Positions 27,867 through 41,183 of a stretch of DNA of 64,000 bases are shown here, piece by piece. The stretch covers positions 1-64,000 of the forward strand of contig RSEE01000155.1 of assembly GCA_003971905.1 (NCBI GenBank), written 5' to 3'. Numbering within the stretch: the first letter of the stretch is position 1; each line of letters starts with the position of its first letter. The position numbers were made by a program, and so were the translations under genes. This DNA comes from Moniliella sp. 'wahieum'. Taxonomy: Eukaryota. Under the pieces are notes generated by a model that was not told the DNA's origin, ran no database searches, and saw only the letters and a program-made list of their open reading frames with translations.

Positions 27867-29189
27867 GGTGAGGGAGGGGGGGAGGGCCGGGTGCTGGAGG
27901 AAAAAACAGGGCGGTGGATTTGGGTTTGGCTCGTCGGGCTGGGTGGTGGACGGGCGGAATTGGGGCGGAATGGAGTTCGGCCGCGGGGAGGCGTGGGGAG
28001 GCAGGCAGGCATGTGTGATGCACTGTGATGCATGATGCATGGCACCGATGCTTTTGGGCCAAGAAATCAAATCAGGCAATCCTTGAGAAAACCAGAGACA
28101 AAGACAGAATTCCGGGGGCATCCCAAGTTGACCGCTGGGAGATGGAAGTGCAGCGTGCATGGTGGATGGAGGACACGGGGCGTTGGCACAAAAACATAAT
28201 GTGCTTCTGAAGAAGCGACTCTTCTGGTCAAGATTGTCATCCTTGTGCAGGGACCATGCTAATCTTCTCTGTATTGTTCCAAGTTTAACGATAGCAAGCC
28301 GAAGCTTGCGATACTAACTGGGAGGCCGACATGTTATTGCTAACGTAGTTGTATATTCGTCGCCACATGAAATTAAAAGGGCTTTAATTGACTTGCGGAT
28401 TCTTGCACTGCGCACACTATATTAAACCTAACTAGCTACAAGTCGACCTCTCAGCCTCTTGACATAGAGCGGCACACGGTGGTCCAACACCGCACTTTGC
28501 ATCGTAACCCAGAGCATACAGTGCAGCCGAGACGGAAAGAGAACCCGCATGGCGGTCCAGGCGAGAAGGCGCACCGCCTAGTACAAGATTATGATGGCTC
28601 ACTGAGGGATGAGGAGCGTCGACATGAGCGAACCCAGCCTCTCGGTGAGGACCGTCGGGGAATCTCTCCACAGAAGGGTAATAGAGGGTTACTATCGATG
28701 TCCCCCTCCTACAGTCTTTTGTCTGGCCGAGAAGACTGTATTAGTAGAGAGGGGGAGGCCACAAGCCAAGCGTTCCGTAAAGATCATGAAGATCATGCGG
28801 GATGTCGCAGTTCCAATTGAACAGCCACGTTTATATAGCACGGATGCAGTTGGGAAGGGCTTTTGCATATTTCTACGTTGTTCCTTATCGGCTGTTGCGG
28901 ATGGAATAGAAGCGCAAGAGTTTGATTGTCCAAAGAGAGGGGGGATGAGAAAACAAAGAGAGGATCACAGGGTTCAGAGTGACCAAAACGCACAAAAGGG
29001 AAGACGAATGGTGGGGCAAATGATAAAGTGTCTCTTCGCGGATCACACGTACAGGGGTCGCACAAGAGGAATGCAAGAGAAAACGTCGTGTGCGGGCAGA
29101 GATAAGTGGTAGCAAGCACGAGAGTCGCGTATACAGGTAGAAAACGCTGTCCTAATAACGGCCGTGAGGATGACGTATAGTAGTAGTGG

Positions 29190-30253
29190 TTAGATAGAAT
29201 GCCGGGTGGGGCCATTGGTGGCCGAGGCGTGGTTGCGGCAATTGGAACTGCGCGGGGCGCGGTGAGCAGAAGGAGTGGCGCCTTGGCTCTGGTAAAAAGT
29301 GGAGGTGCTGCCGTTGATAGTATAGATGCCCGGCTTTTCGCCCGAGTCACCGTCACACTCCTCAAAGACACCTTCGTCGTACGAGGCAGGCATGACCCAC
29401 TCGCATCCCATCTCGTCGTAAATGTGCTGACAGTACTGCTGCGAATCAGTTGTCTCGCCCCCAGTGCAGGCACGAACACAGAACTCCGAGTCGGACATGA
29501 AGCTCATCCACTCGGGCAAACGCTGGTAGCTTCCCGACACAGCAGTGGAGTAGACCAAGCCGCCAATGGGGTTGCCCGAACCGGTCGCACCGTGGGGGTC
29601 GAGCTCACCGCCCTCATCGCCTGACTGGATGTTGATCTTAGTAAAGTCACCCGTCCCGGTTACCTGAGAAGAGAGGAAGGCATCGGCATATAGTTAGTAC
29701 ATTGTAATGCAAACAATGGATATATGCGAAGGAATGGAATGAAGATGCACAGCTGGTGCACTCGTATCCATCAGTGATCGATTCGAAGCATTCAACGTAC
29801 CTGGATGAAGTTGGGCGTCTTGAGGAAATGAGCACCGCTGATGGTACCCTCAGGAATGAGGCGGGTACCGTAACCGTCCTTGAGACAGTAGGAGATCACG
29901 GTCGCTTCCGAAGCACCTACGGTCTCCCCGCTCTTCCGCAGACCCCACAAGCAAAAGTCGGCAACGCTGAAAACGAAAGGGGAGTTAGTCACAACAGTCT
30001 TTGTGCGGCACCCTACCGAGGAAAAGAAGCGGGGAAGGGAAGAGTCATACCTGTTGATGAAGAGGTTGGTGCAGTCAGCGCTCGAGCTGGAGGAGCCATA
30101 GCGGGAAGTGCAGTCATTGTATCCTTTTTGGCCGTTCTTTCCGTCGACCTTGGCGGGAAGGTTTTCCGGGGTGGAGTACTGGCCATTGTACTGGTCCTGA
30201 GCCCAGACGGCGGCCGCCGAGAGGAGGGGAATGAGCGTGGTGCGTGCAAGCAT
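29190..30253 (-). CDS. Secreted Cys-rich protein resembling Cryptococcus MP88 mannoprotein; introns 29967-30050 and 29664-29800
   Basis: Signal peptide MLARTTLIPLLSAAAVWA. The spliced ORF is open: DFCLWG, YGTRLIPEGTISGAHF, QV|TGTGDFTKINI..DEGGELDPHG..GNPIGGLV, CQHIYDEMGC. Both introns have GT/AG ends and a CTAAC branch site. Confidence 0.82.
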
Positions 30254-31480
30254 AGCGAGCGACAGGGATGTAGGGAAGGAGGGAGAGATGTGTCGGCGAG
30301 GAGGAGGATGTGGGAGGAAAGAGAAGCGAGAGGAGAGAGAGAGAATGGCACCAGCTGGGTTTTATACCCAAGTGGGAGCCCTGCACAGCACTCGAGCGGA
30401 CCAGAGCATGTCGAGCAAGAAGTTGGTCCCAAACAGCAGCGCGCACGAGCGAAGCGCCTGACACGGCAGACTGCAATACTCGAGCAACCACAAATCAACT
30501 GCGTTGCAGCGGGCCAGTCGCTGTAAGCTTCCCACGGCGGCCTGCGCCTGAGGCATTATTAGCGCCGAGTGGCCTGGGATGGCAAGAGCGACTTGGTCAG
30601 GATCGCCGCTCGATCGCAGCGCTGCAGCAGCCGCACGAGGCCAGTGCTGCCACTGCACCACTGCCGCCAGAGCGACTGCAGCGGGCATCTCAGCACAGCG
30701 CTCCTGCGCCGCCGCCCCGCTCCTCTCGGGCCCTGTCGCTCTTTAGGCTGCAAGCCCCGCCACTGCTTCGCCCGCGTCCCCGCACGGCGCCTGCCAAGGC
30801 CAGGCGGAGATCGACGTGTTGGGCCGTGCGCACTATATCAGTGTGGGTAACGCAAGGCGCTGCATCAGACATCATGCATCAGACATCAGACGTCATGCAC
30901 CAGGTCTTCGGGCTGCACCAGCAACCTTACCCGCAAAAGCTGAACGAACGCAGGTCCTTTGTTTTCACCGAAAGGCAGAGAGGTGTGCCGAACCACAGCC
31001 GACCCACCCCTGAACCGACGTGACGAACGAGGCAAACGGCAACTGCGCAGACACGGTGTGGTGTGGTTGTGTCATGCAGGCGGCCACAGCTTCTTCAATC
31101 ACAGTAGTGATGCTGTAGAAACCACAGCCATCCCCTCCTTCCGTGGCCCCATCAGAAGCGTGCCACCACTAGTCCATCAGCTGCATCACTGCTACATTGT
31201 TATCCGGGCAGACGAGCGTTGCGCTGTTGAAGGTATACACTGTGAGTTGCGGTTAGAAAAAGAAAGCACATTTGTATTGACTCCCACAGCGGCAGCGTTA
31301 CCCACTGATGTAACTCCCAACTCTCTTCTTCTTCGGTGTGTCAGTGTGTGTGATGGGCGGACCCCGGACTGTAGCCCCACTCACCGTTATTTAGAAGGGT
31401 ATTTTCTCTTGGAGAAGAGCCCACTCATGGTTTGCCGAGCCTGAACGCAAATGGCGGATCCAAACGACCATCAGCAATAT

Positions 31481-31730
31481 GTGCTAGAGTGCGACTTGGG
31501 AGTACTCGCGATGACTGATATGGATCAGCTGCAAAACAGTATTCAGACAAGGCGTGAAGGCAAAGTGGTGAACCACAAGTCTTCCAGCAACGTCTGAAGG
31601 TAAGGAGACAGGAGAGAGAGAAGGGAGATGAAGCGAGCAGAACATGCGCTCTGCCTGCGAGCGGAACTCTTCCGCCCGGCTAAGCGAGCGTCACCGATCC
31701 ATTGAGGGCCGTGCAGAGGAAGCCTAGCAC
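31481..31730. mobile_element. Dispersed ~250-bp repeat, copy 2, bounded by a 7-bp inverted repeat (MITE-like)
   Basis: Begins GTGCTAG and ends CTAGCAC. Homologous to 8623-8882. No convincing TSD. Confidence 0.55.
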
Positions 31731-34596
31731 TACCCTCTAACAATATAGAGACGAGGTGAACACCTCTTATTGGATCTGGGCGTCAGCTCGCGTAACAAGA
31801 TCACGTCTCTGTGCGCCGGAATGAGAGCCAAATGTTTTGCTTTGTGTACTCTCCAACCCTGATGAAAGTTTGGCCGGAAAGGCTGACATGGCAACAAGAC
31901 AGGTGTATAGAATAACTCCAGTCGCCGAAACTTCTCAATTCTGGCAGGATCGCAGCGGGATCCATACGGAGAAAAGGCTGGATCTGAAGAGACCGACGGT
32001 GTCACGGGCGGCCCCCGCCAGGGGGCTCACCCAGGTTCTTCTTGGGTACAATCCCTTAGGAGACCGAAGGACGACTCACGGTAGTTTCGTGCTTGGGCTA
32101 GTTGGTGAATCCGTTGACCGGAGCTAGGGGCGAGGAGAGGCCTTTGGTGGGGCGGCTGCATGTGTGGCAAGGATGCGTCTGTACCGGCTTGGGCCGTCTG
32201 AAACCTCCGGGACTTAGGGACGGGAGGAGGCAGAGGGGGACAAACACTGCCTCAACTAAGACTTGATAGATACTGGAAATCGACGCGGCCAAAGGAGGGC
32301 TCGCGGGACTGGACTGACGGATTGCTGTAGGACGAGGCCGGAAAGGAAGTCGGACGCCAACAAGAGAAGGCTGCCTGTACTGGATCAATTGGCTGGAAAA
32401 CGGACAGGAGTCGGACAGGATAGGCGGGAAAGGACAAGAATGGAGTGTAGGGAAAAGGATCCCCACACCGACCAGGGGTACAGGCTAAGTCAAAAAGGAA
32501 ACGGACACAAGAGGGGGTGTAGAAAGGAAGACACGTCAAAAGAGAGGTTGATCGCCACAGGCGCAGCGGTTGAAAAAGGAAAATAAGTGGTAACAGGGCG
32601 ACGGACGTCGCGAAGATACTGAATACTTGCTCTCCTTATTTGGGCCAACCGACTTAGACTTGGGCAGAGGGCGACTACTGTAGCGCGTACGCATAGCTAC
32701 TCGCGCCACCGTACATGGTGCAACCAACCATCGTCAAACTTGGTTGGGCTTGGGGGCACGCTCCACTGGGCATGTGCAGAGCAGGCGGGCTTTAGCTTGT
32801 TTATTAGAGGATCCAAACCGCAGCGGCGCTCAAAACCGTATGGAAGGAAGTCAGGGAGGCCTTTCCCGAGGCTTGACCTCGATCCAGACGCTCCGGGCAC
32901 TAAGGATGACCCCACAGTGCCCTTTGCTGCCTTCTGTGTCTCTTCCGTCGGTCCTTGATTCAGCTCTATCCCGTCATCCACTGACCACTCTATTGTCTGA
33001 GCTCATCTCAAACAGATATCTTTACATCTACCTACGCAAGTTCGCTTTAGCGAGCATGCCGATCACCCTCTCCTCCCACCTCTGCTCCCGTTGCAGTGCC
33101 TATACCTCTCCTCCCACCCCTGCGCAAAGTAGTTTCAGGCTCCACAAATGCGGGAATAGGAATACGAGAGAGCTTTCCCCATTCCTGTGCTACACTGATC
33201 CCGGATCCCTCCGCCCCACCGCATGCTTGCCGTCCATGCGTTCGCGACGAAGTCCACATGCGACTATATAGGGCGCCCACCAGGTCGGGGCAGCCCGAGG
33301 AGCAGACGGCTGACCTCCCTACTTCCACTAGCAATGCTTATTGCATTCGACTCCACAGCCCCTAACCCAGACCCGATCATTCGAGGCTCCTCTGGCCTCG
33401 CTCCCTTTTGTCGTGATTTCAGCCTACAAGGCGCCTCGTCTCTTTTTTCCGAAAACACGATCTTGCCCTCGCCTCCCCTCGACTCTTTTCCCACCGGTCC
33501 ATGAAATCCACACCCAAAACTACTCCCAAAAAGCGGGCTCATGGGCTTGATCCAGTCTGGTTGGTTCCACTCCCATTCTCGTAGAGACGGAGGGGCGATC
33601 AGATCTCCAATGATATGGCTATAATGCATGTAATGTACAAGCTGGTCAAGGGCCACGCCTGATAGACAGGCAGAGGATTTATATTGAAAGCGCAATAGGA
33701 GAACCGCTAAAATGGGAGTGCATGATTCGGATCCACTGTGGGGCTATACAGTAAGAAAGAGACGGAGAATACCATCACATGCATCACATCTCATTATGTG
33801 CGGGGCGCTCCCTTGGGATGGAAAAAAGTCGCCGGGCGCGCACACAATTAGGACCGAGAGGTGTAAGCGTGATGCCAATTTGCGTAGCCGTCTCCGTGCC
33901 CACACTCGGGCTTTATTGCTGGGTGCCGTGCGGTGCGCATGCACGTACTTAAAGACCAGCCCAACAACGTTTTCAGGTGAACGTTCCTCTCACAATTGGT
34001 CTCCTTTCACCAAAAAGCCGAGAACCATCACATCTATCACACCTGCTCCGACTCTGTGGATACGTGCATCAAGTTATGGGGTGTTCGGGGGCTAAGCGCT
34101 AAGCGCTAGGCGCTAAACGACAAGACGGCACATTATATCATGGTCGGTCGCGTGTGCGAATTGGAAAAACGGTGGAGGAGAAAAAATAGGCATTGGACAT
34201 GGACCAAAAGTGAGAAGCAGAGACGGAGAGACGCAGTATGGGATTCACACCAACTGCGGCGGCCCATCACATGTCACGTGCATCCCACCATGTACTTTGG
34301 GCGACTGCATGACGAAGGACTTGCGTTCGGCCAGGATGTATGGCGGCAAGGCCATAGGGTGTGTAGGAGGTAGCGACGGTAGAGGAGACTGGAAGAAGAG
34401 CGCCCTCAGATCTCACACCTAATAATCATCACATGCAAGAGTATACAGTCCCTCTTTGCTGGGTCAGATATAGATATGGGGGAAGAGAGGGCGGGCCGAA
34501 AAGGGGACGATGCGAGGGCCCCAACTGGGCCACATTATATAGGCCACCTCGCCGCGATTCCCGCATGCGTATTGCATTGCTTCCCGACCAATTCAT

Positions 34597-35085
34597 GGTA
34601 ACCGGTAACCGGCAACCGAGGCTACGGAGGACAACTTGGGAAAGAGTGCCTGGCTCAAATACAGATCATCGATCATCGATCATCCTAAATGGCCTAAAGA
34701 CCTAAGGCCCTAAGGCACAGTGCTTGCAGATATGGATATCTGAGAGATCTGAGATCTGAGACTTTATCTTAGAGAGCTTGAATCGGTGAGCCGGGGCAGG
34801 CACTGGCTAGGCCCGGCCTCGGCCTGAGGCTGCTGAGACACTGCTGAGATACTGCTCAGACACTGCCGAGACTGATGCATGGTGACCTGTGACCGGCCTG
34901 ACCGGTGACTCGGTGACTGTGACTAGGTGACTCTTCTAGTGAAGCTAGTGACCGGTGATCGATAATCGATGATCGATCAGATCTCAGATCGATTGTATCC
35001 AGACGTGCTCATCCGCACTGCGTCAGTGCAAACGTTCAACCCCGACGCAGACCGCTGGTCGGTGACCGGTGACCGGTGTCGGTGA
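34597..35085. repeat. Dense cluster of period-7 quasi-palindromic arrays (TNA + 4-bp palindrome)
   Basis: GGTAACCGGTAACCGG, GATCATCGATCATCGATCAT, AGATCTGAGATCTGAG, ATCGATAATCGATGATCGAT and GGTGACCGGTGACCGGTG all lie within 490 bp upstream of the bHLH gene. Confidence 0.8.
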
Positions 35086-35362
35086 AGGGACCGGGTGGAG
35101 GAAACGTAGCAACCGGATCCGCGAAACGGCCAACGGTACGCGCGTTGACGCTTTGCCATTAACCGTTAACCATCGGTGGTGCCCGGCACCTGTCGCGCCC
35201 TCCCCTGCCGGCGGGCGACATCGTCACCAGCGTCCCTACTGTCGCGACGCGATCATCACCGCCATTTGCTCATTGCTCATTGCTCATGCCCATTGCCCAT
35301 TGCCCATTGCTCATTGGCTCATTGCCCATTGGCAGAACGGTGTGTTTGTCGGCACGTTCGCT

Positions 35363-36993
35363 ATGCTTTCTTCGGCCCTGGGCCTCTCGTCCCCTTCGCG
35401 CACGGGCACGATCTACCCACCTACGATGGACATGACGGTCCCGCGCGCTCTTGCACCTGCACCTGCTTCCGGGGCAAGTCTCCCCCCCATGCCTGTTCCA
35501 TACGAGGGTACGCACCGCTTCCCTGGCTCTGGTCTCCGCCTGCGTGCCTAACCTCGCCTAACCCGCTCTGCAGACTTTGAGATCGACCTTGGTCTGCCTG
35601 AGCAGGTATCTTTCGCTGAGCTCGAGACCGTCCTCGCCCGAGACGCCGCGGCAGGCGAGGCTGATGTGCGCATCGGCTACCCCCATCTGGGCACGGATGG
35701 TGCGTGGTCGGCTGCTCCCCCCCGTTCCCCGTCCGCCTCGGTGCACCACGGGGTTACGTCCGTTGTCCGACCAAGTTTCGCGTCCTGCTTGCGCGGCTGC
35801 CTCGCGCCCGGCTTCCAGCCCAGGAGGAGGGGGACACTTATCTCTCGCCCCTGGTACCCGCGACGATCCCGTCCCCCCACCCTCTCTGACTACTTGCACG
35901 GCCGCACCTCGTGATTATGTTCCTGCTCCGCACCTACCCTACCCGTTTTGCCCTGCTGCCCCACCAGGCGCAGGCGTGGCAGGGGCACGACGCTCGCACC
36001 CCGGACCCCACCTAGCCGGACCACGCTCACTTCCGCTGAGTGTGCCTCGGGTGGGGAGCGTACGTGGCCGCGCCCGAGCCGCTTTCAGCGCCCGAAACGG
36101 TGCACGTGGACGGGGTACCGGAACTTGGCGCTTCTCTCTCGCCAAGCGCCGGGCCAGCGGTTACTTCGTCTGGCTCGGGGGGCCGCGCGCCGGCTGCGGG
36201 CGGACTGTTCAATGCCCAAGAAGAGCAGTTGCTCCACACTTTTCTCACTGAGTTGGAGTTGGAGTGGCTTTCCAGCCCGACTTGCCGGCCCATTTGCCAG
36301 CGTACACCCTCCCTGTCCCCGCCGCGCCGTCGCAGGTGGCGCTTGCCAACGGCGCCCCCCTCGCCTGTGCCCAAGCCCATGGAGCCAGAACCGGAACCGG
36401 AACCACAACTGGAACCGGACAGCAGTAGAAACGCCGGCCGAACCTTTCGCCGCCGCGTGCACACCCGCGGACCAGCCCAGGCGGTTCGGCGTCCAGCATG
36501 GTTGCTCGTACGACGGAGCGCGCGCCAGCGGCCGCGCGCGCGCTCGTTGCACGTCGCCTCGGAGCAGCGCAGAAGGGAGAACATTCGTGCTGGCTTTGTG
36601 GAGGTGGTGGAGTTGTTGGAGCTAGGGCGAAAGTATGGTGCGCGCGCGCTGGGGTTGGCGGCAGGCGCGGGGACCGGGTGGAAGAGGAAGGGTTGGACGA
36701 TCGATCGGAGGACGAGGGGTGCGGGTGCGGTCGGCGCGGTCGGTCGGGCCACAGGGCACAGATGGTGCGTTGGTAGGACCGGTGGATCGGCGGCATTGGT
36801 CGCAGTGCCGATTGCTGCGTCTAGTCGGCGGAAAAAGCGCTCGCGGGAGGTGGATGAACAGGCTGGCAAGGGCCGTGGTCGAGGTGGCAGCACGGGCGGC
36901 GAGGCAGGCAGCAAATCTGCCGTACTCTTCCAAGCGGTTGACTTTCTTGCCTGGCTCGAGGGCCGCAATGCGCTGCTGGAACACAGTGCCTAG
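35363..36993 (+). CDS. bHLH transcription factor with a long loop insert (frameshifted; ends approximate)
   Basis: Basic region/helix 1 HVASEQRRRENIRAGFVEVVELL; helix 2 SKSAVLFQAVDFLAWLEGRNALLE. Confidence 0.78.
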
Positions 36994-37495
36994 CCTTGTC
37001 GGCCTTGTTGCCGGACCCGATGCGTGCATCGTCGTTTCTTGAGGCTTGCACCCTGAACTCTGGCCCGAGCTGGCTGAGCTGGTACGGGAACGACGCTTCT
37101 GCGTTGGACAGTGCGTGTCCTTTTTTCTGTTCGAGTACCCTCTATCGCAGCTTCCTTGAGCCATCCTCTGCCTGTGGGCTGTACCTGGTGTACGTAGGCG
37201 AGTGGTGCGGTAGGCACTTGAGTGGTCTGTGACGAGGGACTTGGTTCGGATTCCCGAGGTGATCGATTGGGCGTTGGTCTGGAGACGGCTACGAGATGGA
37301 GGAGACAGGGCCGCGAGGGTGTGAGATGTGGCCGGTGTTGTGGTTGGGCGACAAACATTGGCCAGGGGGTGTACATATGTAACCGAACTGGAGGAGCTAG
37401 TTGAAGTTAAAGCTTTACGCCTGAGGCGCTCGGGGATGAGTCTGAGAAGATGCGAGAGCGTAACAAAGACCAGCTCTGCATAAGCTCATCGCACA

Positions 37496-37519
37496 TGACG
37501 CGTGACGCGTCACGCGTCA
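37496..37519. promoter_or_regulatory. Perfect 24-bp palindrome containing three ACGCGT (MCB-like) cores
   Basis: TGACGCGTGACGCGTCACGCGTCA equals its own reverse complement. It lies ~700 bp upstream of the RasGAP ATG. A regulatory function is inferred only. Confidence 0.45.
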
Positions 37520-37690
37520 CGTGCTTCCACGCTTAGCTCAGCGGGGGCAGTGTGGCAGGAGGGGACTGAGTGTGATGGGCGTGACCTGGCGCGGCGCGGG
37601 AGGTGGAACCCTAGAGGGAGGCTAACGCGTGTGCGCCGCCTGGGCCGGCGGGGGGGAGGCCGTGGGGCAGCACGGGCTGGGCACTGGCGG

Positions 37691-37748
37691 CAGGCCAGAG
37701 CAGGCCAGAGCAGGCCAGAGCAGGCTAGGGCAGGCCAGGGCAGGCCAG
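37691..37748. repeat. 10-bp minisatellite (CAGGCCAGAG-like) x ~6
   Basis: caggccagag x3, then caggctaggg, caggccaggg, caggccag. Confidence 0.85.
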
Positions 37749-38221
37749 TTGGTGCTTGCGGCCAATCGAGGGCGGCAGGCGGACGCACACTGGCGCGGTG
37801 CCGGGCGGGCAGGCGCACGGGGCTGGCATGCTGCCACCTGTCGCCACCAGCACGCAGTACGCAGCGCACAGCGGCCGCCCGCAGCCGCGCACAGGCGCGC
37901 TGGGCAGTACTGGGTACTGGTGCCTGCGCCTTCCGCGTGCCGCCCCGAGCAGAGGCGCCTGGGCGAGCAGAACGCAGCCTAGCGCAGTCCAGTCGCAGCG
38001 TAATCCCAGCGCAAGCGCAGCCGCAGCCCAGCCGCAGCCGCCCCCCCCACACCACGCCTCGCACTCCGCCCGCCACGTCGCCCCCCCGCCCCCCCCCGCC
38101 CCCACCACCCCACCCCCACCCCACTCGCCGCTGGCGCTGTGCCCATGGCTTCCTCCCCCCTCCCGCGCCTGCTGCGCCCACGGCCCATGCGCCGTCCTCG
38201 GCGGCGCGGCGCAGTGGCCTC

Positions 38222-40622
38222 ATGAGCGCCCACTTTGGCCGCGCCAACCGGTACAGCGTACCGCGCTCTACAGCCTAGCTGCCGAGCAAGACGTGGATGT
38301 GGAGGACGAGCTTGCGCGTACCCAGCGTCGTCTGCGTCTGCTCAAGGCGCGCATCTCGGCCCAGAGCAAGAACAACTTTATGCTCGAGCGCGACGTGCGC
38401 TTCCTCGACTCGCGCATTGCGCTTGATTGCCAACCGCATGGCGCTGGATGAGCAGACGGATGTGGCGCAGACCTTGGACGACCCCGATGTCCAGTCGGGC
38501 TATGCGCTGGACGACCGCAAGACCCAGCAATACGCCAACTTCTTCTTCCTCCTCCAGTCCGAGCCACGCCACATTGCCGCCCTCTGCCGACTGGTGTCGC
38601 TGGCCGAGATTGACACGCTGCTGCAGACTGTCATGTTCACCCTGTATGGAAACCAATACGAGAGCCGCGAAGAGCATCTGCTGCTCACCATGTTCCAGGT
38701 GCGTCGTCCCCCCTTCCCTTGTTGCCCGCCCGCGCGGCTGCTGACCTGGACCGGAAACATCTTCCTCCCCCTCCCCTTTGCCGGTTCTCGGTTCGGTTTG
38801 CTCGGTTTGCTCGGTCCTGTCTGCAGTCCGTCCTCTCGGCTCAGTTTGAGATGGCGACCGACTTTGGCTCGCTGCTGCGTGCCAACACGCCCGTGTCACG
38901 GATGATGACCACCTACACGCGCCGTGGACCGGGGCAGAGTTTCCTAAAGCAGGTGCTTGCGGAGCGGATCAACAGTCTGATTGAGCAAGGATCTCAACCT
39001 GGAAGTGAACCCGCTCAAGGTGTACGAACAGATGATCAGTCAGATCGAGGAGGATTCCGGTAGTCTTCCGCCCAACCTTCCGCGGGGTGTGCCGGCCGAG
39101 GTGGCGGCGGCCAATCCGGATGTGCAGGCGATTGTCGCGCCGCGGCTGACGATGCTGATGGAAATTGCCGGGAGCTTTTGCAGACGATTATCAATTCGAT
39201 TGAGCTGGTTCCGTATGGGATCCGGTGGATCTGCAAACAAATTCGGTCGTTGACCAAGCGCAAGTACCCTGATGCCAGTGACGCTTCGGTGTGCTCGTTG
39301 ATTGGCGGCTTCTTCTTTTTGCGCTTCATCAATCCGGCCATTGTCACGCCGCAGGCGTACATGCTGGTCGACGCTAGTCCCGCCAAGCATCCGCGTCGGA
39401 CCTTGACGCTGATTGCCAAGATGCTGCAGAACCTGGCCAACAAACCGAGCTATGCCAAGGAGGAGTACATGCTTTCGCTCAACCCGTTTGTCGAGGCAAC
39501 CAACCGCGGATCAACCAGTTCCTCAATGCGCTCTGCGATGTCGGTGACTTTTACGAGACACTAGAGATGGACCAGTACATGGCGCTGAGCAAGAAGGATC
39601 TGCAGATTTCCATCACGCTCAATGAGCTGTACAACACGCATACCCTTGTTGCGCAGCACCTCGACGTGCTCGCGCCAGGCGACAAGCATCACCTTCGGAT
39701 TGTGGTGGATGAGCTGGGCCCTGCGCCGGCCCAGGTCCCACGCAACGAGAACCGGAGCATTGAGTTGCCTCTGTTTAGTCGGTGGGAAACGCCGATTCAG
39801 GACTTGACAACGGCGCTCATGTCGAGAACAATGTGACATCGAACGAGATTTTGTACATGGAGACCAAATCGCTGTTTGTGCAGATGCTGCGGATTGTGCC
39901 TGCGCTAGCGGAGCCACGACCGTTGGCGCTGCAGCTGATTGCCGAGCGGGCGGCAACGAGCAAAGACGCGGCAATGGTCCGCCGCGGGATCAAGACCAAG
40001 GAGATGCTGCGCGAGTTGGAGGAACTGAAGATTGTGGATCGGCGGGACGGGTATGCGCTGATGGCGGACGAAGTGGAGGCGAGCTGGCCCACCTGGGCAA
40101 CATGCGAGAAAAAATGGTGCAGGAAATGGCTTCGCTCGAATCGGTGTACCGGACAATTGGGGAGCACAATGCGTATCTGCGCATGCAATTTGACGCCTAC
40201 CGCTCTTACCTACACAATGTGCGTCTCACCTCCTCAGCCGGCAAGGACGGCAAGGCAACGGCAGCCGTGGGCGTGGTCGCGTTCAATGGCAAGGAACGAC
40301 GTGCGCACAATCGTCGGCCCAAGGTCCTTACCGCTTCACCCATGCCCAATTGGAAAAAGACGGGACGATCGTCGAGTCGTCCGTGCCGGAACCGCGTCGG
40401 GCCAATATCTTTTTCACTTTCCTCGCCTTCCCCGCAGCGTTTTTGATTGCGCTGCACTACAAGGGAAGGGAAAAAGCCATCCTGGAAATGGACCTCAAAC
40501 TGGACGACCTGCTGGAGAAGCAGAAGGACGAGGTACAGTGGCTCGATTTGGAGTACGTCAAACTCGATGTTGGCAAGGTTCTCCACTTGCTCAATCGGAC
40601 GTTCACCAAAAAGGGCCGATAA
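38222..40622 (+). CDS. gap1: Ras GTPase-activating protein, Gap1/Sar1 type (intron ~38699-38826; frameshifted)
   Basis: [103 protein letters not shown]. Confidence 0.93.
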
Positions 40623-41183
40623 CCCCCTCCCCCTCCCCCCCCCCCTCCCTCCCTACCCCCTAACCCACGTCTCGACGCACTCTTCCCCCCCCGCCCCTTG
40701 GAGAGGGAAGATGCGTGCATCTTGCTCCCTTGTGCTGTTGGCCCCCCGATACCAGTCTTTATCGACTACCCCACTCTCGCCTGCTCTTGTGCCTGGTTTT
40801 GTACTTTCATTCCCCCGTCTCCCTTGTCCCTTGTCCCTTTCCATCCCTTATAGCACGCTTAACGTTCATACCCATCCGCCTCGCTGCCTCCCTCTCTTCC
40901 GGCCGGACAGTCTGCCCTCCCTGACCCCTAACCCCTTCCTAGCTTGCTTTACAGCCCATTCATTCCCGGCGCTTCCCTTACGAAACGGGCGATGATCTTT
41001 CGTCGCCAGCACAGCGCAGCAGGCGTGCGTGCCAGCACGACAGGCAGTTGGTCGAGTCGTAGTGGTAGCGGTACTTGTAGATGTATTTAGATTTGTAGTT
41101 ATAGTTGCAGTTGGGGGCAGCGGGGTGCAGGTTGCAGGTTGCAGGTTGCAGTTGCGGGCGGTAGATTGGGAGTAGTTTCGTGG

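Noticed and set aside
32000..33304. 1.3-kb LTR defined by a GACGG repeat after CA at 33304
   Set aside because: The end lacks inverted similarity to the start, and a 7-bp match over this distance can easily be chance.
37230..37262. tRNA T-loop-like GGTTCGGATTCC
   Set aside because: No cloverleaf or A-box context around it.
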